Positions 1 through 15,115 of a stretch of DNA of 64,000 nucleotides are shown piece after piece. The position numbers and the translations under genes were made by a program. Within the stretch, counting starts at the first letter, position 1; each line of letters starts with the position of its first letter. Source of the stretch: Eledone cirrhosa (lineage: Eukaryota); contig OZ024763.1 of the NCBI GenBank assembly GCA_964016885.1, positions 21,452,001 through 21,516,000 of the forward strand, in the 5' to 3' direction. The notes below the pieces were generated by a model that was not told the DNA's origin, ran no database searches, and saw nothing but the letters and a program-made list of their open reading frames with translations.

Positions 1-145
1 CCACAGGCGATAGCAAGTCTATCTAGTGTTTGGAACATCACTCAATGAAGGTTCTTGCATAAAATTATGATGTAAGGTTTTTTAGATAAATGTAAACACT
101 TTAAAAGTCTATCATAGCACCTGGAGTGTTTGGAACATGAGTTGG

Positions 146-361
146 CCTTTTAGCATTTAAACCGGCTGTATCTGGCCAGAATTCTCTCACTTCTTTTTGT
201 TCATACCAGCCATAACTAACCACTCATACTAATGTTAAGGTATTGTTCTCAAAATAAATGATATCAAAATCTCATAGATATTATGTGAGATATTTATGTG
301 AGGTAAAGTCTTTAACATGAAAATATAATAGTAAATATAGAATAATGTAAATGCTAAAGGG
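146..361. mobile_element. piggyBac-like non-autonomous MITE (family P1)
   Basis: Ends AAATGCTAAAGGG|TTAA. Left end CCTTTTAGCATTT. Internal sequence matches the complete copy at 13441-13640. Confidence 0.75.
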
Positions 362-954
362 TTAAGAAAGATTCTTACATGAAATTATGATGGAAGGTTT
401 TTAGATAAATGTAAACACTTTAAAATAAACAGTTTTGTTTCATAGAAACTGGAGTGTTTGGAACATACATTAAGAAAGTTTCTTACATAAAATTATGATG
501 GAAGATTTTTAGATTAATTTAAACACTTTAAAACAAACAGTTTTGTATCACAGAACTTGGAGTCTTTCAGGCAGTTTTATTGCAAATGGTTTCAAAACAA
601 ACAAATATGCCATAGCTATTTTAACCTTTATGAAGTGGAAGAAGTTTCTAGAGTGTTTATCAAGGGGATTTGATAATAAAATATTATTTTCAATAATGGT
701 AAATTGAGATTTTCTGAAGATGGTTGTTATTTAAGTTTCTTCAAAGTTTATAATTATTATCAAAATATTATGCAAAGCGGAAAGTAATTATACACGCAGT
801 AAAATAAAAATATTAACTATAACAGTTTAACTGTTAATATCGTTTCTGTTAAGTTTACTTGATATAATAATTACGCATGTGTGTGTATATATACATATAT
901 GGGAAGGAAGGCACGTGGCTTTGTGGTTAGGGTGTTTAACTTATAATATAGTAC

Positions 955-3900
955 ATGTGTAAGGTATACACTATATATGTATGTGTGTAAGGTATACACT
1001 ATATATGTATGTGTGTAAGGTATACACTATATATGTATGTGTGTAAGGTATACACTATATATGTATGTGTGTAAGGTATACACTATATATGTATGTGTGT
1101 AAGGTATACATTATATGTATGTGTGTAAGGTATACACTATATATGTATGTGTGTAAGGTATACACTATATATGTATGTGTGTAAGGTATGCACTATATAT
1201 GTATATGTGTAAGGTATACACTATATATGTATGTGTGTAAGGTATATACTATATATGTGTGTATGTAAGGTATACACTATATATGTATGTATGTAAGGTA
1301 TACACTATATATGTATGTGTAAGGCATATACTATATATGTATGTGTGTAAGGTATATACTATATATGTATGTGTGTAAGGTATACACTATATATGTATGT
1401 GTGTAAGGTATACACTATATATGTATGTGTGTAAGGTATACACTATATATGTATGTGTGTAAGGTATACACTATATATGTATGTGTGTAAGGTATACACT
1501 ATATATGTATGTGTGTAAGGTATACACTATATATGTATGTGTGTAAGGTATACACTATATATGTATGTGTGTAAGGTATACACTATATATGTATGTGTGT
1601 AAGGTATGCACTATATATGTATGTGTAATGTATGCACTATATATGTATGTGTGTAAGGTATATACTATATATGTATGTATGTAAGGTATACACTATAAAT
1701 GTATGTGTGTAAGGTATACACTATATATATATATGTGTAAGGTATACACTATATATGTATGTGTAAGGTATACACTATATATGTATGTGTGTAAGGTATA
1801 TACTATATATGTGTGTGTGTAAGGTATATACTATATATGTATGTGTGTAAGGTATACACTATATATGTATGTATGTAAGGTATATACTATATATGTATGT
1901 GTGTAAGGTATACACTATATATGTATGTATGTAAGGTATACACTATATATGTGTGTGTGTAAGGTATACACTATATATGTATGTGTGTAAGGTATACACT
2001 ATATATGTATGTATGTAACGTATACACTATATATGTATGTGTGTAAGGTATACACTATATATGTATGTATGTAACGTATACACTATATATGTATGTGTGT
2101 AAGGTATACACTATATATGTATGTATGTAAGGTATACACTATATATGTATGTGTGTAAGGTATACACTATATATATATGTATGGATGTAAGGTATATACT
2201 ATATATGTATGTGTGTAAGGTATACACTATATATGTATGTGTGTAAGGTATACACTATATATGTATGTATGTAAGGTATACACTATATATGTATGTGTGT
2301 AAGGTATACACTATATATGTATGTGTGTAAGGTATACACTATATATGTATGTGTGTAAGGTATACACTATATATGTATGTGTGTAAGGTATACACTATAT
2401 ATGTATGTGTGTAAGGTATACACTATATATGTATGTGTGTAAGGTATACACTATATATGTATGTGTGTAAGGTATACACTATATATGTATATGTGTAAGG
2501 TATATACTATATATGTATATGTGTAAGGTATATACTATATATGTATATGTGTAAGGTATACACTATATATGTATGTATGTAAGGTATACACTATATATGT
2601 ATGTGTGTAAGGTATATACTATATATGTATGTGTGTAAGGTATACACTATATATGTATGTATGTAAGGTATATACTATATATGTATGTGTGTAAGGTATA
2701 CGCTATATATGTATGTGTGTAAGGTATACACTATATATGTATGTGTGTAAGGTATATACTATATATGTATGTGTGTAAGGTATGCACTATATATATATGT
2801 ATGTAAGGTATACACTATATATGTATGTGTGTAAGGTATACACTATATATGTATGTGTGTAAGGTATGCACTATATATGTATGTGTGTAAGGTATATACT
2901 ATATATGTATGTGTGTAAGGTATGCACTATATATGTATGTGTGTAAGGTATGCACTATATATGTATGTGTGTAAGGTATACACTATATATGTATGTGTGT
3001 AAGGTATATACTATATATGTATGTGTGTAAGGTATATACTATATATGTATGTGTGTAAAGTATACACTATATATGTGTGTAAGGTATACACTATATATGT
3101 ATGTGTGTAAGGTATACACTATATATGTATGTGTGTAAGGTATACACTATATATGTATGTGTGTAAGGTATGCACTATATATGTATGTGTGTAAGGTATA
3201 CACTATATATATGTGTAAGGTATACACTATATATGTATGTGTGTAAGGTATACACTATATATGTATGTGTGTAAGGTATATACTATATATGTATGTGTGT
3301 AAGGTATGCACTATATATGTATATGTGTAAGGTATACACTATATATGTATGTGTGTAAGGTATGCACTATATATGTATGTAAGGTATATACTATATATAT
3401 ATGTGTGTAAGGTATATACTATATATGTATGTGTGTAAGGTATACACTATATATGTATGTGTGTAAGGTATACACTATATATGTATGTGTGTAAGGTATA
3501 TACTATATATGTATGTATGTAAGGTATACACTATATATGTATGTATGGAAGGTATACACTATATATGTATGTATGTAAGGTATACACTATATATGTATGT
3601 GTGTAAGGTATACACTATATAAGTATGTGTGTAAGGTATATACTATATATGTATGTGTGTAAGGTATACACTATATATATATATGTGTAAGGTATACACT
3701 ATATATGTGTGTGTGTGTAAGGTATACACTATATATGTGTGTGTGTAAGGTATACATTATATATGTATGTGTGTAAGGTATACACTATATATGTATGTGT
3801 GTAAGGTATGCACTATATATGTATGTGTAAGGTATACACTATATATGTATGTGTGTAAGGTATATACTATATATGTGTGTAAGGTATACACTATATATGT

Positions 3901-6900
3901 ATGTGTGTAAGGTATACACTATATATGTATGTGTGTAAGGTATACACTATATATGTATGTGTGTAAGGTATACACTATATATGTATGTGTGTAAGGTATA
4001 CACTATATATATATGTGTGTAAGGTATACACTATATATGTATGTGTGTAAGGTATATACTATATATGTATGTGTGTATGGTATATACTATATATGTGTGT
4101 AAGGTATACACTATATATGTATGTGTGTAAGGTATATACTATATATGTGTGTAAGGTATACACTATATATGTATGTGTGTAAGGTATATACTATATATGT
4201 GTGTAAGGTATACACTATATATGTATGTGTGTAAGGTATATACTATATATGTGTGTAAGGTATATACTATATATGTGTGTAAGGTATACACTATATAGGT
4301 ATGTGTGTAAGGTATACACTATATATGTATGTGTGTAAGGTATATACTATATATGTGTGTAAGGTATACACTATATATGTATGTGTGTAAGGTATATACT
4401 ATATATGTATGTGTGTAAGGTATACACTATATATGTATGTGTGTAAGGTATACACTATATATGTATGTGTCTAAGGTATATACTATATATGTATGTGTGT
4501 AAGGTATGCACTATATATGTATGTGTGTAAGGTATACACTATATATGTATGTATGGATGTAAGGTATATACTATATATGTATGTGTGTAAGGTATACACT
4601 ATATATGTATGTGTGTAAGGTATATACTATATATGTATGTGTTTAAGGTATACACTATATATGTATGTGTGTAAGGTATATACTATGTATGTATGTAAGG
4701 TATACACTATATATGTATGTGTGTAAGGTATATACTATATATGTATGTGTGTAAGTTATACACTATATATGTATGTGTGTAAGGTATACACTATATATGT
4801 ATGTGTGTAAGGTATATACTATGTATGTATGTAAGGTATACACTATATATGTATGTGTGTAAGGTATATACTATATATGTATGTGTGTAAGTTATACACT
4901 ATATATGTATGTGTGTAAGGTATACACTATATATGTATGTGTGTAAGGTATATACTATATATGTACGTGTGTAAGGTATACACTATATATGTATGTGTGT
5001 AAGGTATACACTATGTATGTGTGTAAGGTATACACTATATATGTATGTGTGTAAGGTATACACTATATATGTATGTGTGTAAGGTATATACTATATATGT
5101 GTGTAAGATATATACTATATATGTGTGTAAGGTATACACTATATATGTATGTGTGTAAGGTATACACTATATATGTATGTGTGTAAGGTATATACTATAT
5201 ATGTATGTGTGTAAGGTATACACTATATATGTATGTGTGTAAGGTATACACTATATATGTATGTAAGGTATACACTATATATGTATGTGTGTAAGGTATA
5301 TACTATATATGTATGTGTGTAAGGTATATACTATATATGTATGTGTGTAAGGTATACACTATATATGTATGTGTGTAAGGTATATACTATATATGTATGT
5401 GTGTAAGGTATACACTATATATGTATGTGTGTAAGGTATATATTATATATGTATGTATGTAAGGTATACACTATATATGTATATGTGTAAGGTATATACT
5501 ATATATGTGTGTAAGGTATACACTATATATGTATGGGTGTAAGGTATACACTATATGTGTATGTGTGTAAGGTATACACTATATATGTATGTGTGTAAGA
5601 TATATACTATATATGTATGTGTGTAAGGTATACACTATATATGTATGTGTGTAAGGTATACACTATATATGTATGTGTGTAAGATATATACTATATATGT
5701 ATGTGTGTAAGGTATGCACTATATATGTATGTGTGTAAGGTATACACTATATATGTATGTGTGTAAGGTATACACTATATATATATATATGTGTAAGGTA
5801 TACACTATATATGTATGTGTGTAAGGTATACACTATATATGTATGTGTGTAAGGTATACACTATATATGTATGTGTTGAAGGTATACACTATATATGTAT
5901 GTGTGTAAGGTATACACTATATATGTATGTGTGTAAGGTATACACTATATATGTATGTGTGTAAGGTATACACTATATATGTATGTGTGTAAGGTATATA
6001 CTATATATGTATATGTGTAAGGTATACACTATATATGTATGTGTGTAAGGTATACACTATATATGTATGTGTAAGGTATATACTATATATGTATGTGTGT
6101 AAGGTATATACTATATATGTATGTGTGTAAGGTATACACTATATATATATGTATGTAAGGCATACACTATATATGTATGTGTGTCAGGTATACACTATAT
6201 ATGTATGTGTGTAAGGTATACACTATATATGTATGTGTAAGGTATATACTATATATGTATGTGTGTAAGGTATAAACTATATATATATGTGTGTAAGGTA
6301 TACACTATATATGTATGTATGTAAGGTATACACTATATATGTATGTGTGTAAGGTATACACTATATATGTATGTGTGTAAGGTATACACTATATATGTAT
6401 GTGTGTAAGGTATACACTATATATGTATGTATGTAAGGTATACACTATATATGTATATGTGTAAGGTATACACTATATATGTATGTGTGTAAGGTATACA
6501 CTATATATGTATGTGTGTAAGGTATACACTATATATGTATGTGTGTAAGGTATGCACTATATATGTATGTATGTAAGGTATATACTATATATGTATGTGT
6601 GTAAGGTATACACTATATATGTATGTGTGTAAGGTATATACTATATATGTGTGTGTAAGGTATACACTATATATGTATGTATGTAAGGTATACACTATAT
6701 ATGTATGTGTGTAAGGTATACACTATATATGTGTGTAAGGTATACACTATATATGTATGTGTGTAAGGTATACACTATATATGTATGTGTGTAAGGTATA
6801 CACTATATATGTGTGTAAGGTATACACTATATATGTATGTGTGTAAGGTATGCACTATATATGTATGTGTGTAAGGTATACACTATATATGTATGTGTGT

Positions 6901-9234
6901 AAGGTATACACTATATATGTATGTGTGTAAGGTATATACTATATATGTGTGTAAGGTATACAATATATATGAATGTGTGTAAGGTACGCACTATATATGT
7001 ATGTGTGTAAGGTATGCACTATATATGTATGTGTGTAAGGTATACACTATATATGTATGTATGTAAGGTATACACTATATATGTATGTGTGTAAGGTATA
7101 CACTATATATGTGTGTAAGGTATACACTATATATGTATGTGTGTAAGGTATGCACTATATATGTATGTGTGTAAGGTATACACTATATATGTATGTATGT
7201 ATGTAAGGTATACACTATATATGTGTGTGTGTAAGGTATATACTATATATGTATGCGTGTAAGGTATACACTATATATGTATGTATGTAAGGTATATACT
7301 ATATATGTATGTGTGTAAGGTATATACTATATATGTATGTGTGTAAGGTATATACTATATATGTATGTGTGTAAGGTATACACTATATATGTATGTAAGG
7401 TATACACTATATATGTATGTGTGTAAGGTATACACTATATATGTATGTGTGTAAGGTATACACTATATATGTATGTGTGTAAGGTATATACTATATATGT
7501 ATGTATGTAAGGTATACACTATATATGTATGTATGTAAGGTATACACTATATATGTATGTATGTAAGGTATACACTATATATGTGTGTGTGTAAGGTATA
7601 TACTATATATGTATGTGTGTAAGGTATACACTATATATGTATGTGTGTAAGGTATACACTATATATGTATGTGTGTAAGGTATATACTATATATGTATGT
7701 GTGTAAGGTATATACTATATATGTATGTGTGTAAGGTATACACTATATATGTATGTGTGTAAGGTATATATTATATATGTATGTGTGTAAGGTATATACT
7801 ATATATGTATGTGTGTAAGGTATACACTATATATGTATGTGTGTAAGGTATACACTATATATGTATGTGTGTAAGGTATACACTATATATGTATGTGTGT
7901 AAGGTATACACTATATATGTATGTGTGTAAGGTATATACTATATATGTATGTGTGTAAGGTATACACTATATATGTATGTATGTAAGGTATGCACTATAT
8001 ATGTATGTACGTATGTAAGGTATGCACTATATATGTATGTACGTATGTAAGGTATACACTATATATGTATGTATGTAAGGTATACACTATATATGTATGT
8101 GTGTAAGGTACACACTATATATGTATGTATGTAAGGTATACACTATATATGTATGTATGTAAGGTATGCACTATATATGTATGTATGTAAGGTATGCACT
8201 ATATATGTATGTGTGTAAGGTACACACTATATATGTATGTGTGTAAGGTATACACTATATATGTATGTGTGTAAGGTACACACTATATATGTATGTGTGT
8301 AAGGTACACACTATATATGTATGTGTGTAAGGTATACACTATATATGTATGTGTGTAAGGTATACACTATATATGTATGTGTGTAAGGTATAAACTATAT
8401 ATGTATGTGTGTAAGGTATATACTATATATGTATGTGTGTAAGGTATATACTATATATATGTATGTGTAAGGTATACACTATATATGTATGTGTGTAAGG
8501 TATACACTATATATGTATGTGTGTAAGGTATACACTATATATGTATGTGTGTAAGGTATACACTATATATGTATATGTGTAAGGTATACACTATATATGT
8601 GTGTAAGGTATACACTATATATGTGTGTAAGGTATGCACTATATATGTATGTGTGTAAGGTATATACTATATATGTATGTGTGTAAGGTATACACTATAT
8701 ATGTATGTGTGTAAGGTATGCACTATATATGTATGTGTGTAAGGTATACACTATATATGTATGTGTGTAAGGTATGCACTATATATGTATGTGTGTAAGG
8801 TATACACTATATATGTATGTGTGTAAGGTATACACTATATATGTATGTGTGTAAGGTATACACTATATATGTATGTGTAAGGTATACACTATATATGTAT
8901 GTGTAAGGTATACACTATATATGTATGTGTGTAAGGTATATACTATATATGTATGTGTGTAAGGTATGCACTATATATGTATGTGTGTAAGGTATACACT
9001 ATATATGTATATGTGTAAGGTATACACTATATATGTATGTGTGTAAGGTATACACTATATATGTATGTGTGTAAGGTTTACACTATATATGTATGTGTGT
9101 AAGGTATGCACTATATATATGTATGTGTGTAAGGTATACACTATATATGTATGTGTGTAAGGTATAAACTATATATGTATGTGTGTAAGGTATACACTAT
9201 ATATGTATGTGTGTAAGGTATGCACTATATATGT
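955..9234. repeat. 28-bp satellite array, about 300 units, consensus AAGGTATACACTATATATGTATGTGTGT
   Basis: Direct tandem periodicity of 28 bp with 24/26/30/32-bp slippage variants and TATACAC/TATATAC/TATGCAC variants. No ORF in the track. Confidence 0.98.
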
Positions 9235-9235
9235 A

Positions 9236-9510
9236 AAGGCACATGGCTTTGTGGTTAAGGTATTCAGTTCACAATCGTAAGGTTGAGAGTTCAAGTCCAG
9301 GTAGTGTGTTGTGTCCTTGAGCAAGACACTTTATTTCATGTTGCTCCTTTCCACTCAGTTGGCAAAAATAAGTTGTACCTGTAATTCAAAGGGCTAGCCT
9401 TGTCACATTCTGTGTCATGCTGAATCTCCCTGAGAACTATGTTATGGGTATTCATGTCTGTGGAATGCTCAGCCACTTGTATGTTAATCCTCATAACCAA
9501 TGGAGTGCCT
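9236..9510 (+). mobile_element. tRNA-derived SINE
   Basis: A-box-like TGGCTTTGTGG, B-box-like GTTCAAGTCC, then the conserved GTGTCCTTGAGCAAGACACTTTATTTC body shared with other SINEs here. Confidence 0.8.
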
Positions 9511-9529
9511 CAGCAGTTATATAAAGATA

Positions 9530-9680
9530 TAGGTGGTGATTTGGTAGAGTCATTAAAATCAGATAGAGTACTTTGTACTATACATTTCAGCTCTCTGCTC
9601 TCTGAGTTCAAATCCTGCCAAGATCAACTTTGTCTTTCATTCGAGGTCAATAAAAGAATAAAGTACCAGTCTGGGGGGCC
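9530..9680 (+). mobile_element. degenerate tRNA-derived SINE with Meta-domain-like core
   Basis: GAGTTCAAATCC B box followed by CTTTCATTCGAGGTCAATAAAAGAATAAAGTACCAG. Homologous to 53930-54070, 61800-61990 and 62060-62190. Confidence 0.65.
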
Positions 9681-10082
9681 GATTCTTCCTATATACACTC
9701 TGTGGTGGTGTTGGTTGTTGTGGTAAAAGGATAGTTGCAATAGTGATTGAGATGATAGTGCTGGTGATCCTGAGGATAGTGTTGGTTGTAGTGGTGGTGG
9801 TGGTTGAGGAGGGGTTGGAGGGGGGCAACATAGGACCCATACCAACATAAACAACTGGTGTTTCCGAGCTCTGTATTTAACTGAAAGAAATTAATTTCAC
9901 CTACTTTTATGGTAACTATCGGAGAATTCTGTCAACAGAGGTTTAGGAAGATTACAATACAACTGAAACTCCCCTTTCTTCTATAGATACACCAGACCCC
10001 CTACCCTATAGATACAGAAGACCCCACCACCTACAATACAAGGTACAATACCAAATTTGGCATCAAACTTATCACTCTAAAC

Positions 10083-10347
10083 CAGTGCTTCTCAAACTAT
10101 CTGATGTGGCGGACCTGCATTATTTTTTTCAATGTGCCACGTACCGCTAATATTTCGTAGTAATATTAATTTATACCAGAAACGATATATATAATGAATA
10201 TAATAATAGTTGACCATTTATTTATCTTCTATTTATTTTGTAAACAAATAATACAATATCAAAACAAAAGTAATAAAAAAAATTCCTCAAATGATTCCTT
10301 AGCATGACCTGGACACTGGCCGCAGACCACCATTTTGAGTAGCACTG
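10083..10347. mobile_element. hAT-like MITE
   Basis: TIR CAGTGCTTCTCAAA / TTTGAGTAGCACTG with perfect 8-bp TSD CTCTAAAC (10075-10082, 10348-10355). Confidence 0.9.
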
Positions 10348-11058
10348 CTCTAAACAACAATTTACTAAATAGAGGTAGCACTACGAATACTAACAGATCT
10401 TATCTCCTCTACAGTTAAATGGAACACATTTTCATTTATCTCTTGCAATGTGCAGGCATGTGCAGGCATATGCGTGTGTATGTGTGTATGCCTGTGCCCT
10501 GTCTTTGTGAGTGAATGTGCATACCTGTAATGCAAAGTGTGTCTGTGTCTTGTAGAGTACCCACATTCAGTTTAATATAGAAATGGCCTCTACAGGGCCA
10601 GAACTGTTTCATTCAAAAGAAATTAGCATGAAAAGCAGGCATGTATGATGATATATATATATGTACATAAATATACATACATACATACATATAGATAAAG
10701 TTACCAATGGAGAATTATACTTCTTTCATCAAAAAACGATATTTATTCTCTTACAATTGTTTTGAATGAGATATGACCTTGAATTATTCCATTTTTAAAG
10801 ATACTGTAAACATTTGAATTCATAAATCACATGAAACCCCATTAGCAAGACATTCTTGAAAAGTACAAAACATCACTATTTTTGTATCATATTAATAATT
10901 AAAGTCTTTATCAAAGTTTACTGCAAATTTTCACTATGATCTATCCACTAGAAGGATTGTTAATATAAACATCTGAATTAATAAACTGGCTTTTAGATAT
11001 TTTCTACTTAATCATTACAGGATGTTAACAGGTTTAAGTTTATCATAAAATATCTTAA

Positions 11059-11271
11059 CCCTTTAGCATTTACATTACTTTATATTTACTATTATATTTT
11101 CACGGTAAAGGCTTTACCTCACATTATTATCTCACATAATATTGAATCTTTGAGATTTTAATATTATTTATTTACACCTTAACATCAGTATGAGTGGCCG
11201 GTTACAGCTGGTTTGAACAGAGGGAGGTGAGGGAATTCTGGCCAGATATGGCTGGCTCAAATGCTAAAGGG
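11059..11271. mobile_element. piggyBac-like MITE P1
   Basis: TTAA|CCCTTTAGCATTT ... AATGCTAAAGGG|TTTA. Confidence 0.85.
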
Positions 11272-12309
11272 TTTAAGCATAGAAATTTTGAAGCTGCAAA
11301 GCATGGTGTCTGTTGCTTTACCGATTACTGCCGATCCACTATAAAGGTAAATCATTATATCTTTAGGCCTCCAGTATCCTATACTCTCAACTTTATGAAA
11401 GATAGATAAGATAGCTCAGATCAATAGCATTAAGCTATACATGCATACAAAAATCACACTTTCTCTTTTCTCTGGAAAAAATGTGACAACCCTAGATAAT
11501 GTTTTCATCTACTGTGATTATATAAAATTTGTGAGTGTCTGTGTGTATTTCTCACTATGATTAGATCAAATATGTGTGTATATATATATGCGTTTGTGTG
11601 TATATATATATATGTGTTTGTGTGTATATATATGTGTTTGTGTGTATATATATATGCGTTTGTGTATATATATATATGCGTTTGTGTATATATATATATA
11701 TATATATATGTGTGTTTGTGTGTATTTGTCACTGTAATAACTGTATTTTTGTGAGTGTGTGTATGTAATCCCGTGTATATGTGTGTATTTTCATTGTGAT
11801 AACATAATATATGTGTGAGTGTGTGTGTGTATATACATGTGTGTACATGTGTATTTCTCTTTGTGTGTATGTATAAATGACACTAACACGTGTACATGCA
11901 AGCACTCCTACATACTCATACATAAATATACACATTCATACAAATGTTGAACACATTAATAAATTATGTGTGTATATTTACACATTTGTGTAGATAAACC
12001 AGAATATCGCCATGTATACACAATTATATACACTCACTTATGTATAACTGTGAATGAAAGGTAGATTAAAGATTTAGATTTATGTTCAAGATGAAGAAAA
12101 GGAAACATTATATACTCACATATACATGTTTATATATATATATGTGTGTATTATATATACATATATATATATAATACACACATATATATATATATATATG
12201 TGTGTATTATATATATATATATATAATACACATATATATATATATGTGTGTATTATATATATATATATTATATATATATATATATATAATGTATATATAT
12301 ATATAATAC

Positions 12310-12344
<35 letters not shown>

Positions 12345-12389
12345 ATATGTGTGTGTGTGCACATATATTCTGCTGTGCATGTGTTTGTG

Positions 12390-12428
<39 letters not shown>

Positions 12429-12878
12429 ACACAAACACATACACACATGTACATAGTGAGAGAGACAGAAAGAATGAAGGGGGGGGGGGGGGTTAAAAAG
12501 AGAAAAGAGCATAACGAAAGGAGGAAGAGGAGGAGGATACAGTGGAGGGAACAAGAAAATTGCAAGAGAAACATTTCTGGAATGGGACAAAGATGTCGTT
12601 TTTTTTGTGTGAAAGAACTATTTGGAGTAAGACTTGATGTAAAACATGTTATTGGTTCCATAACTACAGTCAGCTTCAATGAAATACTGTTTTTACTCTT
12701 CTAATTCCTTCCGTACTACTACTACTAATACTACTGCTACTGCTGCTGCTCGGTCACTTGTATGTATGTGTTTATGTGAGTATGTGTGTATGTATCTTGT
12801 AATACTCAGATTTATTCAGGTATTTTTATGTCATAAAGATACTACAAGTCTGAAGCTCTGAAGTTGTTTTATATGATG

Positions 12879-12912
<34 letters not shown>

Positions 12913-12959
12913 AGTGTATGCGTGTTTGTGTGTGTCTTTATGTGTGCGTGTGTGTGTAC

Positions 12960-12999
<40 letters not shown>

Positions 13000-13440
13000 G
13001 TTCATAAAATATAAATGTCATTTGGAATTACATCATATATATTTATTTATTGCATATATATATATTTATTGTTAAAACCAGTCTGCAAATGTATTTGTTT
13101 GTGCACATGCATATTATGTGTGCATGTGCATTTGTGAGCATGCATGCACGTCTGTGCATTGATGCCCTTCCCTAATAGATGCCGTAATGAAGCAAGCTGA
13201 ATGAGGTAAGAGGTGGAGGGAGAAGGCAGTTAATATAAGAAAAAAGGGAAAGGCTCCTACAAAAATCTGTTATCTCTTTTGAGTCAGGTTATAGCTGTTC
13301 CCAGATAAAACATAGTTGAATTTCATTCTCATTGATCCCAGAGTTTTCAGAGTGAAATTTTTTCTTCTTATCATCCTTTTAGCCCTTTTGATACCAGCCT
13401 GCCTAATATTGCCTTATTTTTAAGGCAGAAACATTCTTAA

Positions 13441-13640
13441 CCCTTTAGCATTTAAGCTGGCCATATCCGGCCAGAATTCTCTCACCTTCAGACTGGCAAT
13501 AACCAACCGCTCATACTTATGTTAAGGTATACTTCTCAAAATAAGTAATATCAAAATCTCATAGATTGGATATTATGTGAGATAAAACCTTTACTATGAA
13601 AATATAATAGTATATATAGAGTAATGTAAATGCTAAAGGG
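13441..13640. mobile_element. piggyBac-like MITE P1 (complete, 200 bp)
   Basis: TIR CCCTTTAGCATTTA / TAAATGCTAAAGGG with TTAA TSD on both sides. CCC termini plus TTAA are typical of piggyBac. Confidence 0.92.
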
Positions 13641-13704
13641 TTAATAGAAGTGTATATGAAAGCATATATGATATGTTTATATATAATAAATATTCATATG
13701 TGTG

Positions 13705-13932
13705 TTTAATATCATCATCTTCAGCCAAAATCAACTCAACAATTAATCTCCACGTGTGTCTGTTGTTCATTGGCGATGCCAAGTCCTGGATTTCAATACC
13801 AGAATCTCTGGAGATGACATTGGGATAGGAGAGCTTGTGCCCCCTATTATTAGAGACTGCTTGTGGTTTCCAGAGCACTAGTGGGGACATAGCTTCAGAG
13901 GTGGCATGATGGCTGTGTCCAGCAAATCTTAC
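13705..13932 (-). mobile_element. 3' end of RTE/RTEX-type LINE ORF (remnant)
   Basis: Translation VRFAGHSHH...LVLWKP...YPNVISRDSG...DLASPMNNRHTWR, similar to the C-terminus at 35200-35642. Ends in a GAT tail. Confidence 0.75.
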
Positions 13933-13943
13933 TCTCCTTTTAT

Positions 13944-14477
13944 GTTAATGACATAGGCAGTGTCTTTCATTAGCAATATGGAAATGAAAGGGTTAATGAC
14001 ATAGACAGTGTCTTTCATTAGCAATATGGAAATGAAAGGGTTAATGACATAGACAGTGTCTTTCATTAGAAATATGGAAATGAGAGGGTTAATGACATAG
14101 ACAGTGTCTTTCATTAGAAATATGGAAATGAAAGGGTTAATGACATAGACAGTGTCTTTCATTAGAAATATGGTAATGAAAGGGTTAATGACATAGACAG
14201 TGTCTTTCATTAAAAATATGGAAATGAAAGGGTTAATGACATAGACAGTGTCTTTCATTAGAAATATGATAATGAAAGGGTTAAAGACATAGACAGTGTC
14301 TTTCATTAGAAATATGGAAATGAAAGAGTTAATGACATAGACAGTGTCTTTCATTAGAAATATGATAATGAAAGGGTTAAAGACATAGACAGTGTCTTTC
14401 ATTAGAAATATGGAAATGAAAGGGTTAATGACATAGACAGTGTCTTTCATTAAAAATATGAAAATGAAAGGGTTAAA
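13944..14477. repeat. 48-bp minisatellite, about 11 copies
   Basis: Unit GTTAATGACATAGACAGTGTCTTTCATTAGAAATATGGAAATGAAAGG. Explains the repetitive 247-aa ORF. Confidence 0.95.
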
Positions 14478-14742
14478 TGTCTGCCTGCTCTTGTTACTTT
14501 GATACCTTGTGTGTCTCTTTCCTTTCATTATATCGTGTTTATTATTATTATTATTCTCCTTTATGGTATATGAAGGATGTAATTCCCTTTTCAAATTCAT
14601 TCCAAAGTTATAGATAACATTAAATTGAATCCCTTTCCTTTTGATATCATAATAGCCATGTAAAGGGATCATAATTACCCCCTTAACTGTTCATGTGTAT
14701 GTACAGAGAGAGAAATATGTTTGTATATATGTGTATGTAAAT

Positions 14743-14783
<41 letters not shown>

Positions 14784-15084
14784 TGTCTGTGTGTGTATGT
14801 ATGTATGTATGTGTGTGTGTATATGTGTATGTATATATGTATGTATGTATGTGTGTATGTATATATTTCTAACCCTGCTATCAACAGACAATGTTTAGGT
14901 TATATCCCCTAGAGAAAAATCATAGGTTATATAATATATATATATATATGTATATATATATATTTTGATTCTTCATATATATATATATAAGTATGTTTTG
15001 ATTCTTCATATATATATATATATGTGTGTATGTATGTTTTGATTCTTCATATATATATATATATGTGTGTATGTATGTTTTGAT

Positions 15085-15115
<31 letters not shown>

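Noticed and set aside
955-9234. Telomeric repeat or CRISPR array
   Set aside because: The unit has TAAGG rather than tandem TTAGG(G), there are no unique spacers, and the context is eukaryotic with no cas genes.
10557-10640. Candidate host exons (also 18196-18350, 27540-27680 minus, 61615-61740 minus)
   Set aside because: Plausible AG/GT signals only. There is no recognisable protein, no consistent multi-exon model, and some frames contain stops.
13929-14672. Repeat-protein ORFs (247 aa here; also 44852-45541 and 54195-54676)
   Set aside because: They arise from minisatellites with unit lengths near multiples of three, lying within or beside transposon remnants.
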